Shown in pieces: positions 1-12,200 of a DNA stretch of 64,000 nt. Origin of the DNA: Octopus sinensis (taxonomy: Eukaryota); assembly GCF_006345805.1 (NCBI RefSeq), contig NC_043001.1:10478001-10542000 (forward strand), in the 5' to 3' direction. How positions within the stretch are numbered: position 1 is the stretch's first letter; every line of letters starts with the position of its first letter. A model generated the notes under the pieces. The model ran no database searches and was not told where the DNA came from. It saw only the letters and a program-made list of their open reading frames with translations. Both the position numbers and the translations under genes were made by a program.

Positions 1-110
1 TTCTTTAACTGTCTACGAATTGTCACGAACTGATGCTGGAACTTTCACGTGTTCAGCATATAATGGATACGGCAAGGTCGTCACTCGAGTAGCTCAACTC
101 ATAGTTAAGT
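1..110 (+). CDS. NPHS1: Nephrin-like IgSF gene, exon A (5'-truncated by the window edge): C-terminal half of an Ig domain
   Basis: Frame from base 2 reads SLTVYELSRTDAGTFTCSAYNGYGKVVTRVAQLIVK, containing the Ig DxGxY/FxC motif. Donor t|gtaagt at 111, phase 1. The symbol is family-level (nephrin/sns/hbs/syg-2); orthology is untested. Confidence 0.9.
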
Positions 111-270
111 GTAAGTATTTCTGCTTCGTATAAGCATCTGTAATGGCATCTAAAGTTGGTTATGCTGTATTCAATGATAAATGTTATATTTTTGATGAAT
201 GAGAGAAAATTCAATCATTCTGAATATCAAATTGGACTTTGATTGAGAAGAGAAAACGCCCCCCCTCCCC

Positions 271-598
271 CCACTTCGGTCATGAATGACCATGGGATTG
301 CACCTAGAAAGTTACCCTCCAAGGCACAAGTCCGGGAAAGGTTGTATAAGGAAGGCCAGCAGTCGCCCATGCATACCAGCCTCCACTCTCCCCACCACTG
401 ATGTTATCCAAGGGAAAGGCAAAGGGGCCAATACAGCTTGGCACCAGTGATGTCACAACTCATTTCTACAGCCGAGTGAACTGGAGCAATGTGAAATAAA
501 GTGTCTTGCTCAAGAACACAACATGCAGCCCAGTCTGGGAATCGAACTCACAACCTCACGATTGTAAGCTCGACGCTCTAACCACTGAGCCATGCGCC
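271..598 (-). mobile_element. tRNA-headed SINE, type 1
   Basis: The reverse complement begins ggcgcatggctcagtggttagagcgtcg (A box) ... gagttcgattccc (B box). Near-identical to the copies at 7783 and 20973. Confidence 0.9.
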
Positions 599-1395
599 TT
601 CGATTATATTCTGTATATCCTCATCATTGTTTTACATTTGCTTTCTAGTATGGATCAGACATGTTTCCACAGTTAAGTTGATATATATACATATATATAT
701 ATATATTCGGTGAGTACTGCTCACCCTGTATAGATCGGAAGGCTGTATCACTCTCGTGTGTTTCATTTTACATAAGCAACGTTACAGAGACACGGGTGGT
801 AAGAGAAAGAGTTATGAAAATAAACAACTGCTTGTGGTAGAAATTTGTGAATTCTTTCAACATTGACATGAGTTTTTGTTATGGTGATTGCAAAACAATA
901 GATTTTTCCCAATCTTAGACAATGAAAAACAATACATTTTAAATTTCCATTCCATTCCAATGTACTTCCATGCAGCGCTGATGATGAAATTTATCTATAT
1001 CAAATAATAATGCCTAATCTAATATTAATGCATTAAAAAAGATAGTTAATTATTAACAGCAAATATATCCATCATTGTCAAAAAGACACTCACACAGTTT
1101 CCATTCAATAAACTATTCACAAGTCAACTTAACATTTGAAACGGTTTATCTTAATCTACAGAATGAATTTTGTCTGCATTCTACTACTACTACTACTACT
1201 ATAAAATGGACATAGCCAAAATAATATTTTGATAAAAGATAAAGTATAGACAGAAGAAATATTGCTTGTTGAATTTCTTAATGAAAGATGTTATGAATTA
1301 TTTGCTTAAATTAATCGTTTGATTAAGGCTATTGATAAAAGTTGGTAGATACAGTGGGCAAGATTATTGCTGGCTTCATTTGAGAAGATCCTTAG

Positions 1396-1871
1396 CCTTT
1401 TGTTACCAACCCAGCTGAAACCACCTCTGGCTCTGAGTACAAATGTCTTGTTTTCATAAGTTTTGAATTAAAATCTTCCAGCAAACCTTAGTCACAATTT
1501 ATGTTCCTAACACTAACTTAATGATAACTAAGTTATTTTACTAAATTCTTTGTTATATTTAAAAGTTAATTGAAAGAAACACAGAACATCTCAACAGAAA
1601 TATCATAACAAAAGGGTAAAAAATATATAATAGAGAAACAATTCTTAACCTTTTCGTTACCAACCCAACTGAAACTGCCTCTGGCTCTGTAGTACAAATG
1701 TCTTGTTTCCATAAGTTCTGAATTAAAATCTTCCAGCAAACCTTAGTCACAATTTATGTTCCTAACACAAGCTTAATGATAACTAAGTTATTTTACTAAA
1801 TTCTTTGTTATATTTAAAAGTTAATTGAAAGAAATACAGACCATCTCAAATGAAATACGGTAACGAAAGGG
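1396..1871. mobile_element. piggyBac-type MITE head-to-tail dimer
   Basis: Monomers 1396-1616 and 1649-1871 have cc(c)ttt...aaaggg termini with TTAA-like flanks. Spacer aaatatataatagagaaacaattc. Confidence 0.85.
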
Positions 1872-3294
1872 TTAAAGAATGTCTGAGGTTTGAATATCAC
1901 TGCCAAATCTCTCTTAAAAGAACAGTTGTTGACAGTTGTTGCGTATCTGTAGAGTAAATCATAGTTGAGTAGTATATAAGACAATGCAGAATATATTGTT
2001 GGAAAACTGGTGTTGATATAAACACAAAAGCTGGTACTAATAATTTGGTCAACACTGCTGTGGTTAATTATTCACTACAAAAATATAAACATATTATTTG
2101 TATTGAATCTTGTATTGAATACATAAATTTGTGAGCATTGAATATATATGGAATTTTTTTGGGAAAAAAAAATATTATTCATATCTAAGACATTGTTTTT
2201 AGCTTTGAAAGGAAAAGCATTTTGATATCAAGAATAAGATTTAAGAACAAAAGATGTAAAATGATAATAAAATGTATTACCTATAAGTAGTATTATAGGT
2301 AACGTACATTGTTTTTGACTAAACATTTTTGACTTACAATGAAATGTATTCTTTCTTTTGGATAAAGTTATTAACAATAACAGTCACATATTTATCATTC
2401 ATGTCAAATTAGTGAAATATATTTTTTCCATAACCACAGTTGATGTAGGTATTTTTTTCTATTTTCATCAAATATTTTTTTTGTTCATTATAAGCTAATC
2501 CTGTAATAATACATCCAGTAATTTTTTTGTTTTTGTACATTTTTGTTTCTTACATATTTTACATACATTTCTTTTTATTGTATTTAAATTCAGAAGAATG
2601 GAATGACATCTGTAGAAACTAGTTTTGTATATTTAGAAGCAACTCCATTGAAAATCACTGAGTTAGATTCTATATATAAAACTGATTATTGTGCACAATT
2701 CTGAAGGTGGAAGATAGTCATGGCTAGTTACAGTTTACACCTACTAATAGCTGCCATACAATGAAAGTACAAGCCAACAAAAAAGCCTCTGCACGGTCAC
2801 TTAACTTGCAAGAAATAGCAGCCAAACTCTATCTCTAGTCTAAGGTGTGTTTACGTCCCCGTAACTTAGCAGTTCTGCAAAAGAGACCGATAGAATAAGT
2901 ACTAGGCTTACAAAGAATAAGTCCTGGGGTCGATTTGCTCAACTAAAGGTGGTGCTCCAGCATGGCTGCAGTTAAATAACTGAAACAAGTAAAAGAGTAA
3001 AAAAGAGAATAAATCAAACCATTATTGTCTTAAAAATGGAAAAAACAAAACGAGATGTTAACAGCTGGACTGCTTTTTTATAAGAGGTCTGCTCAATCAG
3101 GGCTGACCTCAACACATAAGATGACATTTAGTACACACTAACTATAAGGTATTTTACATGTTAATAAAGTAAGAATATGATTGATTTTTGATTGATTCTA
3201 GTTTCAGCTTATGAGCTGTGGCCATGCTGGGGCACCGTCATTGTGTCCATAGTTCAGTGGTTGAGCATTGGTCATGTAAATTAGGATTTATGAA

Positions 3295-3515
3295 TTTGGT
3301 GGCACGTAAAAAGCACCAACCGATCATGTACCAGTGCCAGTGGCACGTAAAAAGCACCCACTACACTCACAGAGTGGTTGGTTTTAGGAAGGGCATCCAG
3401 CTGTAGAAACACTGCCAGATCAGACTGGAGCCTGGTGCAGCCTCCATGGCTTACAAGACCCCGGTCGAACCATCCAACCCATGCTAGCATGAAAAATGGA
3501 CGTTAAACGATGATG
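3295..3515 (+). mobile_element. RTE-tailed non-autonomous element, 5'-truncated, (GAT)n tail
   Basis: gtggcacgtaaaaagcacc repeats, then ggaagggcatccagctgtagaaac...catggaaa..gacgttaaacgatgatgat. Confidence 0.85.
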
Positions 3516-3726
3516 ATCCTTAATAGGGTCTTCTGTCAAGATATAACTATCTAATGAGGGAGCATTTCTGCAGTCATTTGACCTGACAGAAATAGCACCC
3601 AAAATTCTCTTAAATGTCACCCCTACCATTTTAAAAGAGAAAGACATAGCGAATACTGTAGTTCTAGATACACATTATGTGCAATAAAGATGAGATTGTT
3701 CTATATTTAAGAGATGAAGAATTATG

Positions 3727-3846
3727 TACATTATTTACATTTGACAGACATTTGTCCTCATCTTGTTTGTTGTTAACTGGAGGTTATATCAACCGAAATG
3801 TTGTTAACAAGATGAGGACAAATATCTGTCAAATGTAAATAATGTA
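3727..3846. repeat. Collapsed fold-back copy of the 28599-28928 element
   Basis: 41-bp arms (3727-3767 and 3806-3846) with one mismatch. The loop retains ctggaggttatatcaaccgaaatgttg. Confidence 0.85.
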
Positions 3847-4090
3847 AAAGATGAGATAATCATGATTAGAACAGCTTAGGCAGGAGTGATCTGAAACTTA
3901 GTATTGCATGGTAGACTTAATCCAACATCTGTTTTAAGACTACTGCCTAACCCTTTGGATGCCTTTTAATAAAGTTCACTCAGTTGGTAGCATTCAAACC
4001 AGATCTTCCATCTGAAGATAACTTCCTTTCTGCCCACTGACTGTCAAAACCCCCAAAAGAGCCACTCAAAAACCCAACAAGAATATTTAA

Positions 4091-4307
4091 CCCTTTAACA
4101 TTTAAACTGGCCATATCTGACCCAAATTTTCTCCTTTTATGTTCAAACCATCTAGATCTGGCCTCTCACTCATATCCTACAATGACATACTCAAAATAAA
4201 CCATCACATCATCAAATTCTCAGAGCTACGAGATAATGCAGGATTAATTCAAAACAATGTGAATGAAAAAGCATTATATTTGACAGAGTAATCTGAATGC
4301 TAAAGGG
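4091..4307. mobile_element. piggyBac-type MITE, second family
   Basis: TTAA|ccctttaacatt ... aatgctaaaggg|TTAA. Confidence 0.85.
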
Positions 4308-4421
4308 TTAAACCTTAGTCTTTATTCAAAGAATTAAAGCTAATGAGCTACTTCAGACTTATATTTCCATATGAACAGTTGGTTTTTATATTCATTGCTT
4401 ACTTCTGTCTCTTTTGGATAG

Positions 4422-4540
4422 ATCCACCACAAATAGACCAATCACGGCAATATGCAAAAGCAGCCAGTGACAAAGGAGGAACAGCAACTTTAATCTGTAA
4501 AGCAGATGGAGCCCCTCTCATAACATTTTCCTGGTCAAAG
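4422..4540 (+). CDS. NPHS1: Nephrin-like exon B: N-terminal half of the last Ig domain
   Basis: Acceptor cttttggatag| and donor aag|gtaata. t+at=Y joins exon A in frame: (Y)PPQIDQSRQYAKAASDKGGTATLICKADGAPLITFSWSK, with the B-strand Cys and C-strand Trp. 119 nt, phase 1 to 0. Confidence 0.93.
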
Positions 4541-4611
4541 GTAATACTTTTAATCATTTAATGAGTAGCATATGAGTTAATTTCATTACTTTCTTTCAGC
4601 GTCGAAATACA

Positions 4612-4948
4612 TATGGCACTTGTGCCGGTGGCACGTGAAAATATATTCAAGCGAGGTCACTGCCAGTGTCGCTGGACTGGCTCCTGTGCAGGTGGCACAT
4701 AAAAAACACCATTTGCGTGTGGCTGTTGCCAGTACCGCCTGGCTGGCCCTTGTGCTGGTGGCACGTAAAAGCACCTACTACACTCTCAGAGTGGTTGGCG
4801 TTAGGAAGGGCATCCAGCTGTAGAAACTCTGCCAGATCAGATTGGAACCTGGTACAGCCACCTGGTTCACCAGTCCTCCGTCAAATCGTTCAACCCATGC
4901 CAGCATGAAAAGCGGACATTAAACGATGCTGATGATGATGATGATGAA
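4612..4948 (+). mobile_element. RTE-tailed non-autonomous element with three internal repeats of about 60 nt
   Basis: Same family as 3295; (GAT)n tail. Starts 71 nt downstream of the exon B donor. Confidence 0.88.
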
Positions 4949-7017
4949 ATATGTTTGCCATTTAGTACTGAATGCAATTTTTTCCTTATTTTTTCTCCTT
5001 TTTTATATATATCAATTCTCAGTATTGAATTTTGGCTTCTATATTATTTTTCAGACTTGTGTGTTAACCTATTTAGCCGGCACCTCCAGTTCTCTTTATG
5101 CTGGTTCTTAGGACAAACTTCCATAATCTTAATTTGATATCTAATCTACTTAAAAGTTAACTCCCTCGTTTGCACAGACTTGTCATTCAATAAGAAAGAA
5201 AGAAAAATGAAAATGAATTATGTCAGAAAATGGGAATAACTGCTGCTGGGGAGCTTTCCTTAACACCACCTCTTAATCATTGCTTACTAAAAATTAATGC
5301 AACCTGAATATAAATAGTCTTTGATGCTTTTTTCTGTTTTTGTATGTTTTGTAAAGAAAGCCACCTAAGTAATTAACGAATTTACATTCGTTACAAACTC
5401 TTCCCACCTCAACCAACAAGTGACCAGCTAAATAGTTTTCAGTCTGCTAGAACTCACTGCTAAACTTGCCTCAAATCATTCATTATTTCTTTAAAAACAA
5501 ACCAACCCCTGCAAAAAAAGACATGCAGCATAATTACTACTGAAGCATCTTTGATCATAGGCCTCGTTGACCAAGGTTGACCTGGGGCTAAACTACTATT
5601 TTTGATTTGCTCCACCCTTAAACTTGGCAACTGAGCTTTGCTTTTTTTTTTAAATTTTATTAAAATCGCTGCTTTTTTTTTTAACTGCTTAGCCCAGAAA
5701 AAAACAAAATTGCTTGCAGTGTCTGTCAATCAGCTTTGTTGCACTTTACTGATCTACATATATTCTGTATATCTTACCTTTTTTTCCATCGGAGCATCAT
5801 ACGTTCAGGCTTTTCTGAAACACGTATCTGTTTACAGAAAACATTAGCTTCACAAAATAATTTATCTGTTCTGCCCATTCATGCGAGAAGAAGCTCTTGC
5901 TGCTATTAACCGTTGACTTGTTTACCTCTGTGCCACAGGTCTATTGAAATGGAGTTCAAAGAAGATACTTTACATCAACAAGAAAAGAAAACCCCTCTGC
6001 AAATTATAAATTTGTGAAATTAAAACAAAAACAAGTATATAGCACTAATAATAACATAATGTGAAAAACACTTCTAATAAGCATTCCTGCATGGAGTTTC
6101 AGGATATTTAGCTACAGCAATTTAAATGACAAATGATCTGAAAGCAGAGCAATGAATGATGAATGTAGCCTTAAGGGACTTTAACTACTATAATCATCTC
6201 AATAACCTTAATCCAACAATGCATAGAAGTTCAATTTTGTAAGTTGGCTGATTGCCTTTCTGTCTCTTTTTTTCATGTTTTTGTTTTTCTTTCTTTTTCT
6301 TTCTGTCTTTTTTTTTAATCAAGAATGAAGAGCAAATAATTTATCTAAAAGTGCCAGAGGAACTGCATTTAGAATCAGTTTTAACCCTTTCATATTTAAA
6401 GCTATTAGAAGTGCTTTATATTGCTATTGTTATGATAAACCACAAATGATCTCCTAAACTAGGAATGAAGCCACTTTCGTGTGTGATTGTTTCTTATTTG
6501 AATTAATCTCAGTATATTACTGCTACTTATTCTATCAGCTTCAAATAAATCAGACACAAAGAGAATCCAAGCAAAACCAGAATTAGCTACACTATGGTTA
6601 ACCTTCTTGTGTCAATACTGTCCACCTAAATAATGTTACCGAGAAGAATTGAAGAGACAGAAATAATACATTAAATGTGAGATTCACTCTCAAATATATT
6701 GTCGAAACTTTTGGTAGCATGACTCAGTTGAGAGTGGAGTGGTGTGAGGATGTGGGGATCTCAGATAATTCAAACATCAGCATTTCCTCGTAAGTGGTTC
6801 ATAGAACATACCCACATGTGCATGCATCCATTTCACTTTAGTTACAAGATTGAAAGGTAAGCATAAATGTGGCTGTTTGGTTGAGGAGTTTGGTTGGTTT
6901 AGGGTCAGTCCCATTGCATGGCACCTTGGACAAGTCTCTTTTTATCACCTCACACTGAGCCTTGTAAATGGATTTAGTAGATTGGATTTAGCCTACTGTA
7001 TGTTTATACACGTACAT

Positions 7018-7345
7018 GCACATCATCATCATCATCATTATTTAACGTCTGCTTTCCATGCTAGCATGGGTTGGACAATTTGACTGAGGTCTGGTGAACC
7101 AGATGGCTGTACCAGGTTCCAATCTGATCTGGCAGAGTTTCTACAGCTGGATACCCTTCCTAACGCCAACCACTCCAAGAGTGTAGTGGGTGCTTTTACG
7201 TGCCACCGGCACGAGGGCCACTTTGGTGGTACTGGCAATGGCCACGCCCAGATGGTGCTTTTTATGTGCCACCTGCACATGAGCCAGTCCAGCGACACTG
7301 GCGACAACCTCGCTTGAATGTTTCATGTGCCACCAGCACAAATGC
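7018..7345 (-). mobile_element. RTE-tailed non-autonomous element
   Basis: Reverse copy of 4612-4948 with (CAT)n at the left end. Confidence 0.88.
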
Positions 7346-7782
7346 TAGTAAGGTGACGCGGTATATATATATGTGTGTGTGTGTATGTTTGTGTCTTCTT
7401 TCCCTGACATCATATGATAGTTGTGACTATGAAAGAAGTAGTTTCATGCATTTTGAATAATCTGCAAAAGACATGTCTGGTCAGGAAAAAACATTACTTG
7501 TCTTGGAAATGGGTTAGGATTGATGACTGAAATAGCATCCTGCAGTAAAAAATCTGTCTCAGTAAATTCCCATGCCAGCATGGGAATTAGACATTAAAAT
7601 GGTGCTAATAATTGAAAGAGTGTCACTAAATACAGTCTTTTAGGAGTTTTTGTTTTATGTTAAAGCTACATTTTGTCAGAACTCTGAATTTCCAATTCCG
7701 TAAGATGTTCAGTAAAATGATGGGGATAATTCTTGCAGATGCATAAGATGTATAGGTACCAGCCTTATAGTCATAGGTCAGT

Positions 7783-8120
7783 GACGGTGCATGGCTCAGT
7801 GGTTAGAGCATCGAGCTTACGATTGTGAGGTTGTGAGCTCGAATCCCAGATCAGGCTGCGTGTTGTGTTCTTGACTAAGACACTTTATTCCATGTATCTC
7901 CAGTTCACTCAGCTGTAGAAATGAGTTGTGACATCACTGGTGCCAAGCTGTATCAGCCCCTTTGCCTTTCCCTTGGGTAACACTAGTATCGTGGAGAGGG
8001 GAGGCCAGTATGCATGGGTGACTGCTGGCCTTCCTTAAACAACCTTGCCCGGACTTGTGCCTGGGAGGGGAACTTTCTAGGTGCAATCTCATTGTCTGTG
8101 TCATGACCGAAGGGGGTCTC
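7783..8120 (+). mobile_element. tRNA-headed SINE, type 1, with 14-bp TSD
   Basis: A and B boxes at the 5' end. Direct repeat agtcataggtcagt at 7769-7782 and 8121-8134. Confidence 0.92.
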
Positions 8121-8449
8121 AGTCATAGGTCAGTTCAGTAATCATCTGTAGTGGTACAATACAAATAAGACCCTTACTACTACTACTATTACTACCATTA
8201 CCATGGAAAGCACTGTCAGCAGTTGGAATATACTCTTCAAGATGTTTTAATTCTTCCGCTTGTGGTTCAATACTATTTCCGAAAGATATATAAGAACAAT
8301 GAATATCTCGTTTGATCCATTCTTTTTATTAGGAAGGCAGTTTCAAATATTAACCAGTTTATATGTTAACAATGCCTCACCTTCATATTTCTAACTTAGG
8401 ATAATGATGTGGGGTTTTTTTCTCTGTTTTTTTTTTATTTCTATAAGGT

Positions 8450-9735
8450 GTAGGCATGCAGTAGTTGTCTGTTAAAACATTCTGCTCTCAGACGATTATG
8501 GTAGCTGGATAATACCAGAGATAGACAAGTGATGAGTGTTAAGGAATGAGCTGTGGAGAAAAAGCCTGGAAAGGCAGTGAAAATGGAGATGGTGCAGAGC
8601 TCCATAGATACAAGCATTAACCAAGAGGGTTTTAGGATAACAATTCTGTTGCAGTGGACAGGTTTTCTCAAGCACAACAAAGTGCCAGATACCTTGATCC
8701 TTTGTCATCTCCTCCATAAGGCTCATCATCTTCAGATCAGCTTTTAATTCTTTGTCCTGTCTTCCACAATTTCCATCAACTTTGAGTGATTAATACTTCT
8801 TTCAGGAACTCTCCTCATCCATGCACATCACATGACCCAACCAGTGCAGTCTCCTCTCATGCACCCTACATCTAATTTCCCTCATACCTAACTTTTCTCT
8901 TAATACACCAGCACTATCAAATATTTACCCTGACATTGTGCATCCAATGAAACCAGCTTCATTTCTCTCAAGTCTTTGCATGTCCTCTACATTTAGGGCC
9001 CATTTCTCACTATCATATAACATTGCTGTTTGTAAACATGCATCATACAATCTTCTTTTCATTCAGAAAAAAAAAAAAGAAAAAGATCTTTGGTTGCCAA
9101 CAGAGGCAAAAATTCTCTGAATTTCTTCCATCTTATTCTTGCACTTGCAATTACACTTTCAGAACATCTTCTTCCACTGCTAATTGGGACTCCTAGGTAA
9201 CAGAAATTATCTACAACCCTTAGAGAGCCTCGGTGAGGCAGCTGAAAGAATCATTTTCTTGTGTATCTGTAGACTTTATGGCTTTTGTACATCAGCACAC
9301 ATACACTACTTACTCTATTAACTCACCTGTGATTCCACTTCACTTGTCTGTCCACGAATTGAACTCGGTACATAGAATGGAATTTCTTCCTACACCTTTC
9401 CTATGTATCAAGCAGGGACATTTACCTGAAGTGACAAGGGTCCTGTCTGTTTTCTTGCTTGCTAAAAACATTAGTCTTTGCAAAGTTATTTTAAGGCCTT
9501 TCAATTCCAGGTTTTGCTTCCACACCTGGAATTTCTTTTCCTAGTTTTTTTTTTTTAACAGATTCTGTTATCAGAGCAAGATCATCTGCATATAGTAGTT
9601 CCTGTAGGTAGCCAATCTTAAATTCCTCTGTTATAACCTGGAGGGCCATAAGGAATTGGAGGACCAAGAATTGAGCCTTGGTGAACACCTGTCTGTTCAT
9701 TAAATTTATCACTGTACTAATGACTAACACTTACC
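8450..9735 (-). mobile_element. Decayed RTE-clade LINE, RT C-terminal half and 3' end
   Basis: ORF fragments ITEEFKIGYLQELLYADDLALI (RT YADD motif), WKQNLELKGLK...GVGRNSILC and MTKDQGIWHFVVLEKT. Frameshifted. Confidence 0.9.
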
Positions 9736-11574
9736 TTCCATCTTGGATTATTTAAAAATTGTTGCCTGTGATATTTGCTTAATCCCAACATCAGTTAATG
9801 CCAGCTCTCCCTGCTGGCATGGGTTGGACTCTTCTATGTAACTTTAATTTTAGTAATGCCAAGTTTCAAAACATTTTCTCATAACTGAAAAAGGAATTAT
9901 ACTGTTTTAGTGTTTTAAAATTTTTAAGCAAACCGATGACAGGAAATTTATTATTATACAATATTACTCATGGAATGCAATAAAGAAAACATTCTTTTAG
10001 TCTAATTTAAACTTTGAACACAGCAAACTTTATGGGTTGTGTTCCAGAATTTATTGTCTTCAATTTATATTTTGTTTCTCCTCAAGCAAAAAGTCAAGTT
10101 GTTGTTTTTTTTTGCTACAAAAATTACTTTGAGAAAAAATGTTCATAGGAATTCTGTCAATTCGAGATGTGTGTATATATGTGTAACTTGTTTTATGCTG
10201 TCTAATCAGTAACTATCAGCAACCAGTAAGTGAATTTTGTTGGAGGGTTTGTTTTTTTCCTTTTGATATTTTGTTTCTCCATATTGCTATAGGTTTGGTA
10301 GGTTTCCATACTCCGATGTAATGCTGTACAATTCTAGATCCACATTATTACAACCGTGCTGTTTTGCATCTCCGTATTATCATGAATTAGAGCAAGTTTT
10401 GCGTCTAATAACATTGTTGACATGTGTAATGTGTTTGCCAAAGGCGCACTACATTATTTTGTGTATTACCCTTGCATATGATTTATAAACTGTGTTTTAC
10501 CTTGTCACAATAACTTGAGGAAACAATAAGAAACCATTTCTTATTTCACTTTACATTCCTTTTCTGGGTGGGCGAGGGTGGCGAGGTTTCATTAGGAAGT
10601 TTACCAGATAGAAGAATATAGAAAAATCACTTGAGACAAACTACTTCAAAACTGCGATTTTCTTTTACCACTCAAGTTATCTCATTCGTTTTATTTCTTT
10701 TAATTTTGGAAAGCTTTCGAGGAATTGAAGTTCATTCTCAGAATGTTGTGCCATTACATACACATGTGTTTTTAATTTAAAGATTTTTAGTTCTTAACTT
10801 TAAAGAATCCTTGAAATTTAAGTAACAAAGTAAAATTATCAAATAATTAAAGTACAATGCAATGGAAGTTGGAAATTTTCCATTCTTTCAACATTAGAAT
10901 AAATTTGTAAATGAAAGTATTAGAAAGTTAATGCACACTTCAATTTATTTATAATCATTTTCCCTATTAGCAGAAATTGATTACTCTAATTACATTGTCA
11001 TACCTATATTTTAGGCTTCTTGCTCAATATCAGGTTAATGGAAATTTTACCTTACTGTTTTTTATCACCAAGTGTCTGTAAATATTAATCTGTTTCTAAA
11101 TTAGTCTTTTTAGCATATTATAAGGGTGTGTCAAATCTAATTTGTTCAAAAAAAGAAAAAAAATTAACTCCATTTGTTAATTGGTTTAATGTCATCAATT
11201 TGACTATTTCCTCTAGTAACTGAATACAACTTATACTTAAAATGCTACAAACACATTTCAGTACCATGTAGGTGGGCCATGCACTTTTCATACTGACAAT
11301 TTGCTTTCTTTTCTCCACCACTCCCCATAATGGTATTTGTTCAAAAAGTAAAGGAACAAAGGGGTTTTTTTCCTGTGTTTAAACTACAACCCTGAAATGA
11401 TTTTGATGCTATACATTTTATGTTTTATCTCTTTTTTAATTAATTAAACAAATTAATATTTCCCCTTTCCATTAAATCAAATAAATGAGCATAAAATTTT
11501 TAATTTTCTGTACGTCTAAATATTTCTGGTACACTTCTCCTGAATTTTGACAAAACAGAGAATCAATAAAATTT

Positions 11575-12200
11575 ATACCAGAGAAAGAGGTTGGTGCTAT
11601 GGAAGCAAAAAAAGTAGAAGAACTGGGTAAAGCTCAGTGCTGCAGAAACCAAGAGCTAGGGTAAAATGGTAAAGCTCAGTCTTACTAAAGGCAAAGGGTA
11701 GGAAAACTGGGAGAAGAATCTTGTATGGAACAAATGAAAATGGTAAGGTAGTTATAACAACATTGCAATGATAGCCATTGGCCGATCAGTTTCATTCAAC
11801 AAAGTTAATAGTTTCTGTTATTTAGGTGATGTGACAAGTGTTGGATGTTGGTGTAATGAAAGGATAGAAGCCAGTGTAACAACATATGGATGCAAAAAGA
11901 TAAGTGAGCTGTTGTTTGTCATGGCAAGAAGCTATTAATCTTGCCGTACAAAGGGCAGATTGCAAAGTGGTGAAACATGGGCCTTGGATGTAAGAGATTT
12001 GTAGAAGCTAGATGTGAGCATCATTCATCTGTTTGATGTTTTATGTTAACCTGTGTGGATGACAGAGCACACGTAGATTGACTGTAAAGGTATCGGTTAA
12101 TGTGTTCAGGTGAGGCAGATGCATTCAAATAGACATGAGATGCTGCTGATGAATATTGGATAAAAGAGAGTCATTCTGTAAAAGAAAGATATCCACAACA
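11575..12200 (+). mobile_element. Highly decayed RTE-clade LINE remnant
   Basis: agtggtgaaacatgggccttgg encodes an SETWAL-like RTE motif. The surrounding sequence is purine-rich and frameshifted. Confidence 0.6.

Noticed and set aside
4612-4790. CRISPR-like repeat-spacer pattern (gtggcacgtaaaaagcacc recurring about every 60 nt)
   Set aside because: The intervening segments are homologous to each other, the pattern is the internal array of a dispersed retroelement, and the context is eukaryotic with no cas genes.
7783-7860. tRNA genes at SINE heads (also at 540-598, 21240-21304, 50340-50406 and 62312-62400)
   Set aside because: A and B boxes are present, but there is no complete cloverleaf acceptor stem and each continues into a SINE body.
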